From a virus, in IMG/VR virus record IMGVR_UViG_3300045988_179268, positions 1 through 64,000 of that record: a DNA stretch of 64,000 nucleotides; one strand, written 5' to 3'. Below, one piece after another: positions 35,241-44,133 of the stretch (its first letter is position 1; each line of letters opens with the position of its first letter). Under the pieces are notes generated by a model. It had not been told where the DNA came from and searched no databases. It was given only the letters and a program-made list of their open reading frames with translations. Position numbers and translations under genes: made by a program.

Positions 35241-35331
35241 TTATTCACAAGAGTAAATATTTACTAGCATTTTCTTTTTGAAACCTCGTGTATTTTGCAA
35301 CAAACTCAAGTTTTAGTGAATAAATATTCAC
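35241..35331 (+). promoter_or_regulatory. cluster of TATTCAC-type sites and palindromes in an intergenic region
   Basis: TTATTCAC (35241-35248), perfect palindrome AGTAAATATTTACT (35252-35265) and inverted repeat GTGAATAAATATTCAC (35316-35331). Confidence 0.4.
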
Positions 35332-35369
35332 AACGACTAGTTTGGTTGCCTATCAGATGAGGAGCTTTT

Positions 35370-36953
35370 TTGGCTATTGACACTAACCGATTACCAGATG
35401 AGGGGAAGCCCACCGACGGAGTGAAACGCGCGCCCGCGCCTTCGGTGGGCGACTTGAATAATCCTGCCAATGTTGCGGAGATGTACACCCATATTCGCGC
35501 ATCTCATGGTGAAAAGATTCGCCTAAGTGAGCAGATGCGTAAATCTAAGGTTATGAAGTCGCCGGACAGTATTGACGAAATCTTCTACACTGCGCCACCT
35601 AAACGCGCCTACCCACTGTCGCCTGACCACCCAATTTTTTTGCGCGGCGCTGAGCTAGGTATCGACGTGCTTTCTGACCGTCTTTACAAGATAGTTTTAT
35701 CCACATATACGAAGGGGCTTTATACAGAGGATGAAGTGGATTGTTTCACTACTGCCCCTAGTGGTAAGCCTCCCAAGTTGCTGTGGGACATTATTGATGA
35801 AGCCCGCATCCCTGAGTGGGCTAAATCTAGGTTCTTCTTCCCCTCAGGCAAGCGCCGCAAACGCGCCGCCGCCATGTTGCCGCTCCCCACAGTATCGCCG
35901 GAGGAATCACAGGAAGGTGTGCGCCCTGTTACTCCAGAGGAGGCTTACTTCGGGGCACCTGAGGAGAGGCTGGTTGAGGAGCTACTTCCTTGGGATACGT
36001 CTTCTTTCGATAGCAAACTTTTCATCCCTGGGCTACACGGTCAGCATAAGGTCATGAGGAACAGGTATAGAGGCTTAATTGACTCTGTAGACGCAACTAT
36101 TACATTGGGTAACATGTTGCGTCTTGCCCCATTCTTGCAGATGGGCGATAACTCTGGTGACGAGTATAAGAACGTTTCGCCTGTGATTGAAAATGCGGTG
36201 CTTATGAATGAGGTGTGGGCGCGAGGCAGATTGTCGGCTGTGCCTTTCGTGAATCTCATTGGGGCTAATGAGATGCTTTACCTGAATCTGCCAAAGTCTC
36301 AGGCGGATAATTATTTGAAAGACACGGCTGAGGGTGTCAATTTTGTTCGTGAGGGTTGGCTAACCGATGAAAAGCGTAATCCGGCGGCTTTCAGATATTA
36401 TGTTGCAGTGGAAGCCGACGGCAGGTTGATTACTCATGCTGGGCTTTCCTATGGCGAGTGGGTAAATATTGGTCGCCCACAGACGGCGCGGCAAGCCGCA
36501 TACGCGCTCAACATGAAGTATCTAGGGACTTTGTACCAGGGAGAATGTCTGCGTCTCGGCAATGGGGTTAATTTTGCCGCAAACCCTATTATGGCTCATT
36601 CCATTGCAGAAGTGTATAGTTCGTGGATGTCCACGCCAGAACGTTGCCCGTTCCCTCAACTTCATGGGTCTATTTCCTTGCGTGACGCTACAGGACACGA
36701 AGTCTTGAGTACGTATCTTCATCCGATGTATTATGCGGAAAAGATGCGTTATCATCGTTGGGGTACCAGTATTACGTTAAATGGAACGCCGTTCTATGCT
36801 GTAGAGGGTCCCCGCAAGTCTCTGATTAAGCTTGACGATTATCAGAGGGGGTTCGGCGCTTATGTTCAAAGCACTCATAAGAAGCACGCTCAAGCTATCT
36901 ATCATCCCAATGTTCCGACACTGGTTAGTGCTGACGGAATGACGATTCTTTAA
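35370..36953 (+). CDS. hypothetical protein; C-terminal half resembles a degenerate calcineurin-like metallophosphoesterase
   Basis: TTG start 5 nt after GAGGAG. In order: IPGLHGQH, MGDNSGDEY, IGANEM, LITHAGLS, QLHGSIS, which parallel the DxHG / GDxxDRG / GNHE / HxG / GH motifs with key residues replaced. Confidence 0.4.
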   Translation: MAIDTNRLPDEGKPTDGVKRAPAPSVGDLNNPANVAEMYTHIRASHGEKIRLSEQMRKSKVMKSPDSIDEIFYTAPPKRAYPLSPDHPIFLRGAELGIDVLSDRLYKIVLSTYTKGLYTEDEVDCFTTAPSGKPPKLLWDIIDEARIPEWAKSRFFFPSGKRRKRAAAMLPLPTVSPEESQEGVRPVTPEEAYFGAPEERLVEELLPWDTSSFDSKLFIPGLHGQHKVMRNRYRGLIDSVDATITLGNMLRLAPFLQMGDNSGDEYKNVSPVIENAVLMNEVWARGRLSAVPFVNLIGANEMLYLNLPKSQADNYLKDTAEGVNFVREGWLTDEKRNPAAFRYYVAVEADGRLITHAGLSYGEWVNIGRPQTARQAAYALNMKYLGTLYQGECLRLGNGVNFAANPIMAHSIAEVYSSWMSTPERCPFPQLHGSISLRDATGHEVLSTYLHPMYYAEKMRYHRWGTSITLNGTPFYAVEGPRKSLIKLDDYQRGFGAYVQSTHKKHAQAIYHPNVPTLVSADGMTIL

Positions 36954-37053
36954 ACTCTCTGCTATATATGTTATGCGAAAAACGCAAGCATCTGGCAAGA
37001 TGTCAGGTGTCCAAATCGAGTTTTGCGCATATGTGTGTATTGTGAATTGCCTA

Positions 37054-37099
37054 AAGGGGCGTTCAGACCATTGTTAGGTATATGGTCTGAACGCCCCTT
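37054..37099. terminator. bidirectional stem-loop terminator
   Basis: Perfect 17-bp stem aaggggcgttcagacca / tggtctgaacgcccctt between convergent genes. Confidence 0.7.
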
Positions 37100-37122
37100 C
37101 CGGTTCGTATAACAGGATTTTG

Positions 37123-37956
37123 TTATGCTACTGGTTCTGCTACCACCACATGATTATCAGTGTAAGTCCAGGTGCCATTTTTATAGGTTCCGTGGCACGT
37201 CGCCATGATAAGTTTGCGGGAGCCGTTCTTATCGGTCACGTCCCACCATTTGCTCAAATCGACCTGTGGGACTTTAGGCTCAATACGGGTTACTTTCCAT
37301 GTAGTCATAATTCCGTTCTCGTCCGTGGTGTAGACTGTATTTCCGCGTTCGCAGGCGACAATGGCACTCATGGGGGCGGGGACACCATTTGCCCAGTTTA
37401 CGTGACCCACTAGCAATGTCGTCCCTTTGTTGCTGGTCAGTGGCGCTGAGTCGGTGTAAACGCCGATTCTGTATGTTACAGGGATATTGATTTCTGTCCT
37501 GCCCGTTGTGGGGTTGTCAGTCCCTCCCGTGTATTGGAGTCCAGCGTTAAACCCTACATCTGGGATTCGGATAGTCATAGGGTTGATATTGTTCCAGTCT
37601 AGGTTTTTAGGTTGCTGACCCAATCCGGGGGTTGTATCCTCGGGCATATGGTCGATGCTATCAATATCGCCGCTTGTCTCTGCATGGTAATTTGGGGAGG
37701 CGGTGGTGGCAGTAGTATCGGTAGTAGGTTGTGATGGGGTTGGGGTAATTGAGGCGTTCCCGCTGTTTGACTGCTGAATTTCTGCAATTTGCGAAGCGCT
37801 GGGTGCATTGAATGATTCTGCTTGACGATTCACGTTCTCACGGTTTACTGAGTCAAAGTAGTATCCTGCACCGCCACCTAATGCGCTTGCGGCGGCAACT
37901 ACACCAACACCCTTCAATACATCGCGGCGGCTAGTCTTTTTCTGATTATCGGTCAT
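37123..37956 (-). CDS. sortase-like cysteine transpeptidase (class E/F-like) with twin-arginine signal-anchor
   Basis: N-terminus TSRRDVLKGVGVVAAASALGG. MTIRIPDVGFNAGLQ resembles the sortase PxxLxIPxxG strand. His motif TLLVGHVNW, Cys motif LIMATCHG. No Arg occurs in the 23 residues after the Cys (HGTYKNGTWTYTDNHVVVAEPVA). Confidence 0.7.
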   Translation of the reverse strand: MTDNQKKTSRRDVLKGVGVVAAASALGGGAGYYFDSVNRENVNRQAESFNAPSASQIAEIQQSNSGNASITPTPSQPTTDTTATTASPNYHAETSGDIDSIDHMPEDTTPGLGQQPKNLDWNNINPMTIRIPDVGFNAGLQYTGGTDNPTTGRTEINIPVTYRIGVYTDSAPLTSNKGTTLLVGHVNWANGVPAPMSAIVACERGNTVYTTDENGIMTTWKVTRIEPKVPQVDLSKWWDVTDKNGSRKLIMATCHGTYKNGTWTYTDNHVVVAEPVA

Positions 37957-37997
37957 GAGTTTCAGGCTTTCCAGGCATCATTTTATGCCTATAAAGA

Positions 37998-38006
37998 TGA
38001 TATAAT
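37998..38006 (+). promoter_or_regulatory. consensus extended -10 promoter
   Basis: TGaTATAAT, directly followed by TATTCAC, about 70 nt upstream of the ATG at 38077. Confidence 0.5.
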
Positions 38007-38076
38007 TATTCACACCATTATAGCTCACGGTACGGTTTTTAAAATCATTTTTCTTTAGAAATTGGAGAGATACGTT

Positions 38077-38697
38077 ATGCCCAAAGAAGACAAGAAGTCC
38101 ACACATTACAACCTGCCCCGCCCAGGTTACGGTAGTGTTTATGGTGGTGCCTCCACTGCCGAAGAGATTGTAAGTTCACTAGAGGCAAGAGAGGAGAATA
38201 ACACCACCTTATCCGTCGAGGAGCTTGAGGCGGAACTTGATGAGCGTGACTTGCATAGTTTAGCTGTTCTGTCTTTGATGATTGTCGAAAGAATGAAGGA
38301 ACTGCGTGCCGCTTTGCTTCGAGAGATGGACGCTAAACGCAAGTATGCGGCGGCAGTGTACGCTTACGATAATGCTTTTACTCTGGCTTGCCGTGAAGTG
38401 AGGTCGGGTGGTCATCTAGAGGATTCAGGTGAAGAAGGCGCTAAAGGTAGGCGTTTAACTGAGACTGAGGTAAAGGAGTACGCCACGCTCATGTGTAAGG
38501 GCTATGCGGTGGATAAGGTCATGGCATCAGATGCGTTGCAGACAGCTTCTACTGAGGTGAATATTATTCGTGGCGAAGTTAGTGCTATCAATAGCCTGAC
38601 TAATAATGAGCGCACCCTGCTAAACACTACGGATGCTGTTTATAAGAACGCGCGGTCAGCACTAAATGCTGACGCACGCAAGAAGAATCACGCCTAA
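38077..38697 (+). CDS. coiled-coil hypothetical protein
   Basis: ATG 38077 is preceded by GGAGAG. About 206 aa, predicted helical, no motif. Confidence 0.5.
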   Translation: MPKEDKKSTHYNLPRPGYGSVYGGASTAEEIVSSLEAREENNTTLSVEELEAELDERDLHSLAVLSLMIVERMKELRAALLREMDAKRKYAAAVYAYDNAFTLACREVRSGGHLEDSGEEGAKGRRLTETEVKEYATLMCKGYAVDKVMASDALQTASTEVNIIRGEVSAINSLTNNERTLLNTTDAVYKNARSALNADARKKNHA

Positions 38698-38719
38698 TTT
38701 CAAGGATGCTAACTAACTG

Positions 38720-39406
38720 ATGTCGCTCAGCAAGTCTCACATGAATAATGCGGATAGGATGGCTTCTATCCGTTCGTCAGCTGTTTCTGCGCCGCCGCCA
38801 CCAGATACGGAGCATGTTAAGCCACAAGGTAAGACTAGAAGGTTCCCGAGGCTTGTAACGGGTCTATTTGTCGGCATGTTAGTGGTGGCGGGTGCTGGGT
38901 ATGGTGCTTATAAAAGCGGCGTAACACCTGATACGCTCATAAGTAAAGTTTCGCCTACAGTCACCCAGTATCGTGTTGCGGGTGATTCAATGTTGCCCAC
39001 CTTTCAGGACGGGCAGATTCTTCTTTTTGAGAACCCACAGTCGGAACCTATTAATCGTGGCGATATTGTCGTCGCAGAAATGCCTGCCGTATGGCAATAT
39101 GCCAGCGCTACGCAGGGTGTCGTGGTGAAGAGGGTCGCCGCCGCTGAGGGAGACACGGTTTCTGTTATCGCGGGCGCTGTTCATGTAAATGGCGAACAAA
39201 TCACCCCTGTTCAGCCTACTTGCCAAGCAGATGAATATCAGCGTGTCCTTGGTGCTGGTGAGCTTTTTGTACTAGGCGACAATCGTTCCAATTCCCTAGA
39301 CTCTCTTAGTGTTCTCTGTACAGGTAAGGTTGAGGCAGATGCAGATGTACTTGTTCACACTTCCGCCGTTAAAGCCCACGGGAAAACTCCTGTTGTGAAA
39401 GGTTAG
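38720..39406 (+). CDS. lepB: signal peptidase I (S26 family)
   Basis: N-terminal TM anchor. GDSMLPTF (catalytic Ser), VVKRVAAAEGD (catalytic Lys box) and VLGDNRSNSLDS. Confidence 0.85.
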   Translation: MSLSKSHMNNADRMASIRSSAVSAPPPPDTEHVKPQGKTRRFPRLVTGLFVGMLVVAGAGYGAYKSGVTPDTLISKVSPTVTQYRVAGDSMLPTFQDGQILLFENPQSEPINRGDIVVAEMPAVWQYASATQGVVVKRVAAAEGDTVSVIAGAVHVNGEQITPVQPTCQADEYQRVLGAGELFVLGDNRSNSLDSLSVLCTGKVEADADVLVHTSAVKAHGKTPVVKG

Positions 39407-39417
39407 GTGACGTTCAA

Positions 39418-40329
39418 ATGAGTAAGGAATTTCAGCGAGTCACCCTCATTGCTGAGCCACATGATTTATTCCGCGACTACCTTACCCGCAAAGCATGTAA
39501 AGAGCTTATGGACTCCAGTGGTGGCGATTTGGTGCGTGCTGGATTGGTGCAAGAAGCTACAGCCGTAGATTTGTTTGGTGGGGTACATGTATATCTCGTG
39601 GAATGCCCCTCAAAGGCAGACGTGGAGATAGCAGTTAAGACCCTTGCTAATTGTAGCGGCGAACCTTGGGGAGGTCTTGTAATCTCAACTGGCGCGCCTA
39701 TGAACTCACTCAGAGGTTTATTGAAGAAAGCCGAAGAGATGAATGTTTCTGTGCTTAAGCCCAAGTCCTCTAAGAATCGTGTACGCAAGGAACTTGAAGA
39801 GACAGGTTTATCTCGTCCTATCGTTAATTTCATGGTTGAACATGCGGGGGAGGATTTAAATCATGTCGTTCCGTTGCTTGATTTCATCTCAACGTTACCT
39901 TTTGATGACAGGAAAAGGCTTACCCTCCAGGAGGTAGACCACTGCATCCCAATTGAGCCAGGGACTCGCGCCCCTTGGGATATTTTAGACGCTTTAGTAA
40001 GGCGTGATGTGGCTAAGGTGATTAGTTCTATTGACCGTGCGGGCGGAGGTTCAACTTTTCCGCTGGCTGTCCTTAAGACAAAACTTTCAGACACTCTAAA
40101 AGTTGCGTCTTACCTGGAATTTAAACCTAAAGCATCTTTGGATGATGTCGTGAAGGCGTTCGATGGTAGCAAATGGAGTTTGAAAGAGCCTTATGCTTTG
40201 GCGCGCAGGGCAGGCTTTCAGGGTATAATGGAGATAGCCAATAGCCTCAGTGCATTCTTAAGGAACCCTAACAGAAACTACTCTGTTGATGAGTTTAAAG
40301 ATTTTTGCCTGGGCTTATGTTTTAAATAA
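39418..40329 (+). CDS. possible DNA polymerase III delta (HolA)-like clamp-loader subunit
   Basis: 303 aa. Size, predicted helical C-terminal region and placement in a replication-gene run support the call. Sequence similarity was judged by eye only. Confidence 0.3.
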   Translation: MSKEFQRVTLIAEPHDLFRDYLTRKACKELMDSSGGDLVRAGLVQEATAVDLFGGVHVYLVECPSKADVEIAVKTLANCSGEPWGGLVISTGAPMNSLRGLLKKAEEMNVSVLKPKSSKNRVRKELEETGLSRPIVNFMVEHAGEDLNHVVPLLDFISTLPFDDRKRLTLQEVDHCIPIEPGTRAPWDILDALVRRDVAKVISSIDRAGGGSTFPLAVLKTKLSDTLKVASYLEFKPKASLDDVVKAFDGSKWSLKEPYALARRAGFQGIMEIANSLSAFLRNPNRNYSVDEFKDFCLGLCFK

Positions 40330-40371
40330 CGTTTATTCCCATGAGAGATAGATTGCGAGGATTGCACATAT

Positions 40372-42411
40372 ATGACAAAAGGTAAGAAGGGTGCGCAGGA
40401 AGCGCTCACAGCCTCAGAGAAGCCGAAACTGCCTCTCCTGGCTGAGGTGGAAGACCTTAACTTTGAAGAGGCTTACAGTCGTCTTGTAGGCACTGATGAT
40501 AAGGGTGAACTTTACCTTGGTTTTGCTAATGCGTTAGAAGCGGCTACTAGTGCTACAGGTACAAGCCAGTTTGAAGCGCTGGTACGTATCCTTGTAGGTG
40601 AGAACGTCTTCATTGCCGGTGGGCCTGGCACAGGTAAGAGTTCCATTGTTCATTTGGCGTGCCGTGTTTTCGATATGCACGGTGTCGAGTATGAAGTCGC
40701 CGCTTCCACGGGCGCGGCGGCAGAAAACATTAAGGGCGTGACTATCCACAGCCTGTTTGGTGTAGATAAAAATAAGCATTGGGATAGTGAAGGTCGCGCT
40801 TCCTACATGTTCCATAAGTCGGAGCGTTTACGCCAGATTGATACGCTCATCATTGATGAGGTTTCAATGGTGTATGGACAGCTGTGGCAAGAGATGGATG
40901 AATATCTTCGCCGTATCCGCAAAAGCGATAAAGCTTTTGGTGGAATCCAAATTATTGCAGTGGGCGACTTTAACCAGTTGAACGCTGTGCCTGACCGAGA
41001 CTTTGAGCATCAACACTATTCCGGTTTCCCGTTTACCACTCCTGCGTGGGCTGATGCTCATTTTAGGTATTGTTTCTTGACTGAGGCTCACCGTGCAACA
41101 GACCCCGAGTTGGTGCGTATCATTAAGCACATGTCTGCTAACGCTTTAACTCCTCAGGATTTTGAGAGTTTGGCGAAGCGTTCAATTACGCAGGAGGAAG
41201 CGGATGCTCTTGACCGAGAGAATGGCGCTGATGCTGAGCCTACTATCCGAATTTACACTCGCAACATGGAGGTTGCTCAGCATAACGCGAAACGTATCGC
41301 TGAGCTTGACGGCGACTCTTTGATGTTTGAGTCTGAGGCTAAGCTACTAACTCTTGAAGACACGCTTACCCCAACTCAGCTTGCTCAGTGGAAAGCCGTG
41401 AAGAGTAGGGCGGCTAATGAGATTGAGCTTAAGATTGGCACTAAGGTTGTCGCTGATATGCCGACTATGGCGTACCGTGGTGGCAGTGCAGACGATAAGA
41501 ACATTAAGAAGAACTTTTGGGTTGGCGACGAGAGTACCAAGATTTCTAATGGTTCGATGGGGTATGTTCGAGCGTTTTCCACGATTGAAGGCGATGGCTA
41601 CTATACGTCTGTAGATGAGATTCCTGAGGATATTGACGTTTTCCCTGTTGTCCAGTTTGGTAGCGGTCTTTACCTTGTCCCGAACGTCGATAGCACGATT
41701 GAACGTCCTGTTCAGAAAGATGACGGCAAGTGGGTTAGTTCGCCTTATGTCCATAGTTCCATGTTCCCGTTAAAACCGGGTTACGCGATTACAGTTCATA
41801 AGTCTCAGGGGCAGACGTATGACGGCGCTGTTCTGGATTTAAGTTCCTCTTTTACGGAGGGTTTGGGGTATGTGGCTCTTTCGCGCGTGCGCCGTCTGGA
41901 TACGGCTTACATTTTGGGCTCTAACCCAAAGTCGTGGCAGGTTGATGAAGAGTCGGTTTCTATCATGGCTTCCATTACGGCGTGGGCGGCTGAGGACACT
42001 AAGGTTTTCCGTGAGCAAATCACTGATTACGATGACGCTTACAAGGCTTTCGTGTTTTTGGGCAAAAAGAACAATGCGGTCTTATCTGAGGTTCCAGACC
42101 GCATCCTTGTAGCAACACCTAATTCTAAGACAGCTTCTTTGGCGTTAAGCACAGGTGGTTCCACTCCAACAGGTTCCAGCAGTGATACAGGGCTTTCTGG
42201 AACCCCTGTATCCCGTGATTCCTTAAAGCGAGGTTGGATTGTATGCCAGAGACTAGAGCCTCTACATACGTCCACTGCGCCTGATGCGCGTTCTTCCGTG
42301 CCAGCTTTTGAAGATAGGATGGCGCATATCAAGGCGACCGGCGACGCGGATGCTATGGTGGCGCTTATGGTGGACATGATGGAAGAGTATGCTAATTTAG
42401 CTGGGCTTTAA
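40372..42411 (+). CDS. RecD/Pif1-family SF1B DNA helicase
   Basis: Walker A FIAGGPGTGKSS, ASTGAAAENI, TIHSLFG, Walker B LIIDEVSMV, AVGDFNQLNAV, and C-terminal AITVHKSQGQTYD / GYVALSRVR. Confidence 0.85.
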   Translation: MTKGKKGAQEALTASEKPKLPLLAEVEDLNFEEAYSRLVGTDDKGELYLGFANALEAATSATGTSQFEALVRILVGENVFIAGGPGTGKSSIVHLACRVFDMHGVEYEVAASTGAAAENIKGVTIHSLFGVDKNKHWDSEGRASYMFHKSERLRQIDTLIIDEVSMVYGQLWQEMDEYLRRIRKSDKAFGGIQIIAVGDFNQLNAVPDRDFEHQHYSGFPFTTPAWADAHFRYCFLTEAHRATDPELVRIIKHMSANALTPQDFESLAKRSITQEEADALDRENGADAEPTIRIYTRNMEVAQHNAKRIAELDGDSLMFESEAKLLTLEDTLTPTQLAQWKAVKSRAANEIELKIGTKVVADMPTMAYRGGSADDKNIKKNFWVGDESTKISNGSMGYVRAFSTIEGDGYYTSVDEIPEDIDVFPVVQFGSGLYLVPNVDSTIERPVQKDDGKWVSSPYVHSSMFPLKPGYAITVHKSQGQTYDGAVLDLSSSFTEGLGYVALSRVRRLDTAYILGSNPKSWQVDEESVSIMASITAWAAEDTKVFREQITDYDDAYKAFVFLGKKNNAVLSEVPDRILVATPNSKTASLALSTGGSTPTGSSSDTGLSGTPVSRDSLKRGWIVCQRLEPLHTSTAPDARSSVPAFEDRMAHIKATGDADAMVALMVDMMEEYANLAGL

Positions 42412-42439
42412 GGCTGTATTGCGCGCCCTTTGAAAGTTG

Positions 42440-42448
42440 TGGTATAGT
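42440..42448 (+). promoter_or_regulatory. extended -10 promoter
   Basis: TGgTATAGT. An imperfect hairpin follows in the leader. Confidence 0.4.
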
Positions 42449-42510
42449 TGGTGTATCCCCTGATTCGAGAGGGGCGCACCAACTATTTCCATTTCAATCA
42501 AGGAGGACAA

Positions 42511-42756
42511 ATGACCCCTAACGCAACCTATCATGACATTAAGACCCATCTGGCTAAGCCTAACGAAATCGAGGCTGTAACCAGCATTGAGGCAAGTAAT
42601 AAGGATTATGTAATTCAGAAGAACGCAAAGAACTTCCTTAAGTCCGGCAAGGAATACGTGAAGCTTTTTGAGGAAGTTCAGGAGAACATGGATAAGCTTA
42701 CCCCTGAGATGTGTGCTGAGATTAAGGCTATTATCGGTCTGGTTCGCGCTTTCTAG
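42511..42756 (+). CDS. small hypothetical protein (81 aa)
   Basis: ATG 42511 lies 5 nt after AAGGAGG. No motif. Confidence 0.55.
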   Translation: MTPNATYHDIKTHLAKPNEIEAVTSIEASNKDYVIQKNAKNFLKSGKEYVKLFEEVQENMDKLTPEMCAEIKAIIGLVRAF

Positions 42757-42770
42757 CATGGCTTGCCATT

Positions 42771-42779
42771 TGGTATAAT
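42771..42779 (+). promoter_or_regulatory. consensus extended -10 promoter abutting a hairpin
   Basis: TGgTATAAT. The predicted TSS (about 42786) falls inside the left arm of the hairpin at 42783-42808. Confidence 0.5.
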
Positions 42780-42782
42780 TTT

Positions 42783-42808
42783 GAACGGGCACCAGTAGGT
42801 GTCCGTTC
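42783..42808 (+). terminator. hairpin plus T-rich tail (terminator of the small upstream gene)
   Basis: gaacgggcacc / ggtgtccgttc (11 bp, one G-U pair), loop agta, followed by tttccgtcttt. Confidence 0.5.
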
Positions 42809-42833
42809 TTTCCGTCTTTAAAGGGGTTGTACC

Positions 42834-44093
42834 TTGTTCACTGTAGCTCATCTGTCAGACCTGCATCTAGGCTACCGCGATAACGCTTCGCTTAACCGAC
42901 TAGGGGTAGACCCCATTGATGGAGAACTTATTCCTGTTCGTGAGCTTGATGGGTATCTCGCGTGGGAGGAGGCTATTGATGGGATTATTGCTGACGAAGC
43001 AGATGCTGTAGTTATTGCGGGAGATATTGGTCATGAACCTAACCCGTCAAATCGTGCTAGACTTCACATGCAGTTGGGGTTAATGCGCCTCGCTGAGGCA
43101 GGAATCCCTGTCCACAATATTACGGGCAACCATGACACTAATGACGTTAAAGGGGACATTGCTTTTACAGCTTTGTTACATAGACCTGATGCAGGAATCT
43201 ATTCCCACGCAAATCCCTACCAGATGTATAAGCTGAACGACGACATTGCGTTACATATGGTGAGTCACCACATGTACACAGAGAATGTTGATGTCATGAA
43301 GCAGGTCAATCCAGTTAAGGGCGCTATCAACATTCTTACCACACATGGTTCTCTGATTGACCCGCTTCTCAAAGAGCGTATCCGTGTTAATGATACTGTG
43401 CGCGAAGTCGTCATCCCTGATTCTTTCCTTTATGCTGATTGGGATGCCATGATGCTTGGGCATATCCATGAGCGAGGTTTTGTTGGAGATGAGAGTAACG
43501 GTATCTTTTACAATGGTTCACTTATTAGGCGCGGCTTTTCTGACGCTAAGGGCGCTTTAGGGCGTGGCTACACGCTATGGCATATTGCCCCTGACGGGTC
43601 TGTGACCCGAGAGATGAAGTCCGTGAGGCAACGTCCACAGGAAGACCTACCGCCGATTTACGCCGAGGGGATGGACTCAGCAACTCTCACAGAGGCTATC
43701 CTTTCCAACCTCCCAGATTTAGCGGACGGCGTTGAGTATAACCAGGATGATGCACCTATCCTGCGTCAGAGGGTTTTTGGTGCCACGCCATCAGTTTTTG
43801 CTACCCGCGACCAAGCACTTATTGATGATGCCGCCCGTTTTGCGCTATCATATAATCTTGCGCCTCGCGCTTCTAAAGAAGAGAAACCCGATACATCTAC
43901 ATCTGAGGATGCTGTCGAAATTCCGCAGATTCAGACTGGAGGGCTAGGCGCTGTCTACAACTCATGGACAGAACGCTCTGAAACACTGAACAGTATTACA
44001 GACCCGGAAGTTCGACAGAGGGTCACTAGCCTAGCCGAGTCTTATTTGAAGCGCGGCGAGGAGCGTGTCTTCGAGAAGAGCGTTTCCAACTAA
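42834..44093 (+). CDS. Mre11/SbcD-like metallophosphoesterase nuclease
   Basis: TTG start. VAHLSDLHLG, VVIAGDIGHE, ITGNHD, TTHGS, LGHIHERG. No SbcC/Rad50 partner lies adjacent. Confidence 0.7.
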   Translation: MFTVAHLSDLHLGYRDNASLNRLGVDPIDGELIPVRELDGYLAWEEAIDGIIADEADAVVIAGDIGHEPNPSNRARLHMQLGLMRLAEAGIPVHNITGNHDTNDVKGDIAFTALLHRPDAGIYSHANPYQMYKLNDDIALHMVSHHMYTENVDVMKQVNPVKGAINILTTHGSLIDPLLKERIRVNDTVREVVIPDSFLYADWDAMMLGHIHERGFVGDESNGIFYNGSLIRRGFSDAKGALGRGYTLWHIAPDGSVTREMKSVRQRPQEDLPPIYAEGMDSATLTEAILSNLPDLADGVEYNQDDAPILRQRVFGATPSVFATRDQALIDDAARFALSYNLAPRASKEEKPDTSTSEDAVEIPQIQTGGLGAVYNSWTERSETLNSITDPEVRQRVTSLAESYLKRGEERVFEKSVSN

Positions 44094-44133
44094 CTTTATA
44101 ACCACTTAACATTTAACGAGGAGAATTAACTTT

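Noticed and set aside
42556-42573. Shared LAKPNE hexapeptide between the 42511 protein and the partial ORF at 63904
   Set aside because: Only six residues match, with no flanking similarity. That is too short to infer homology.
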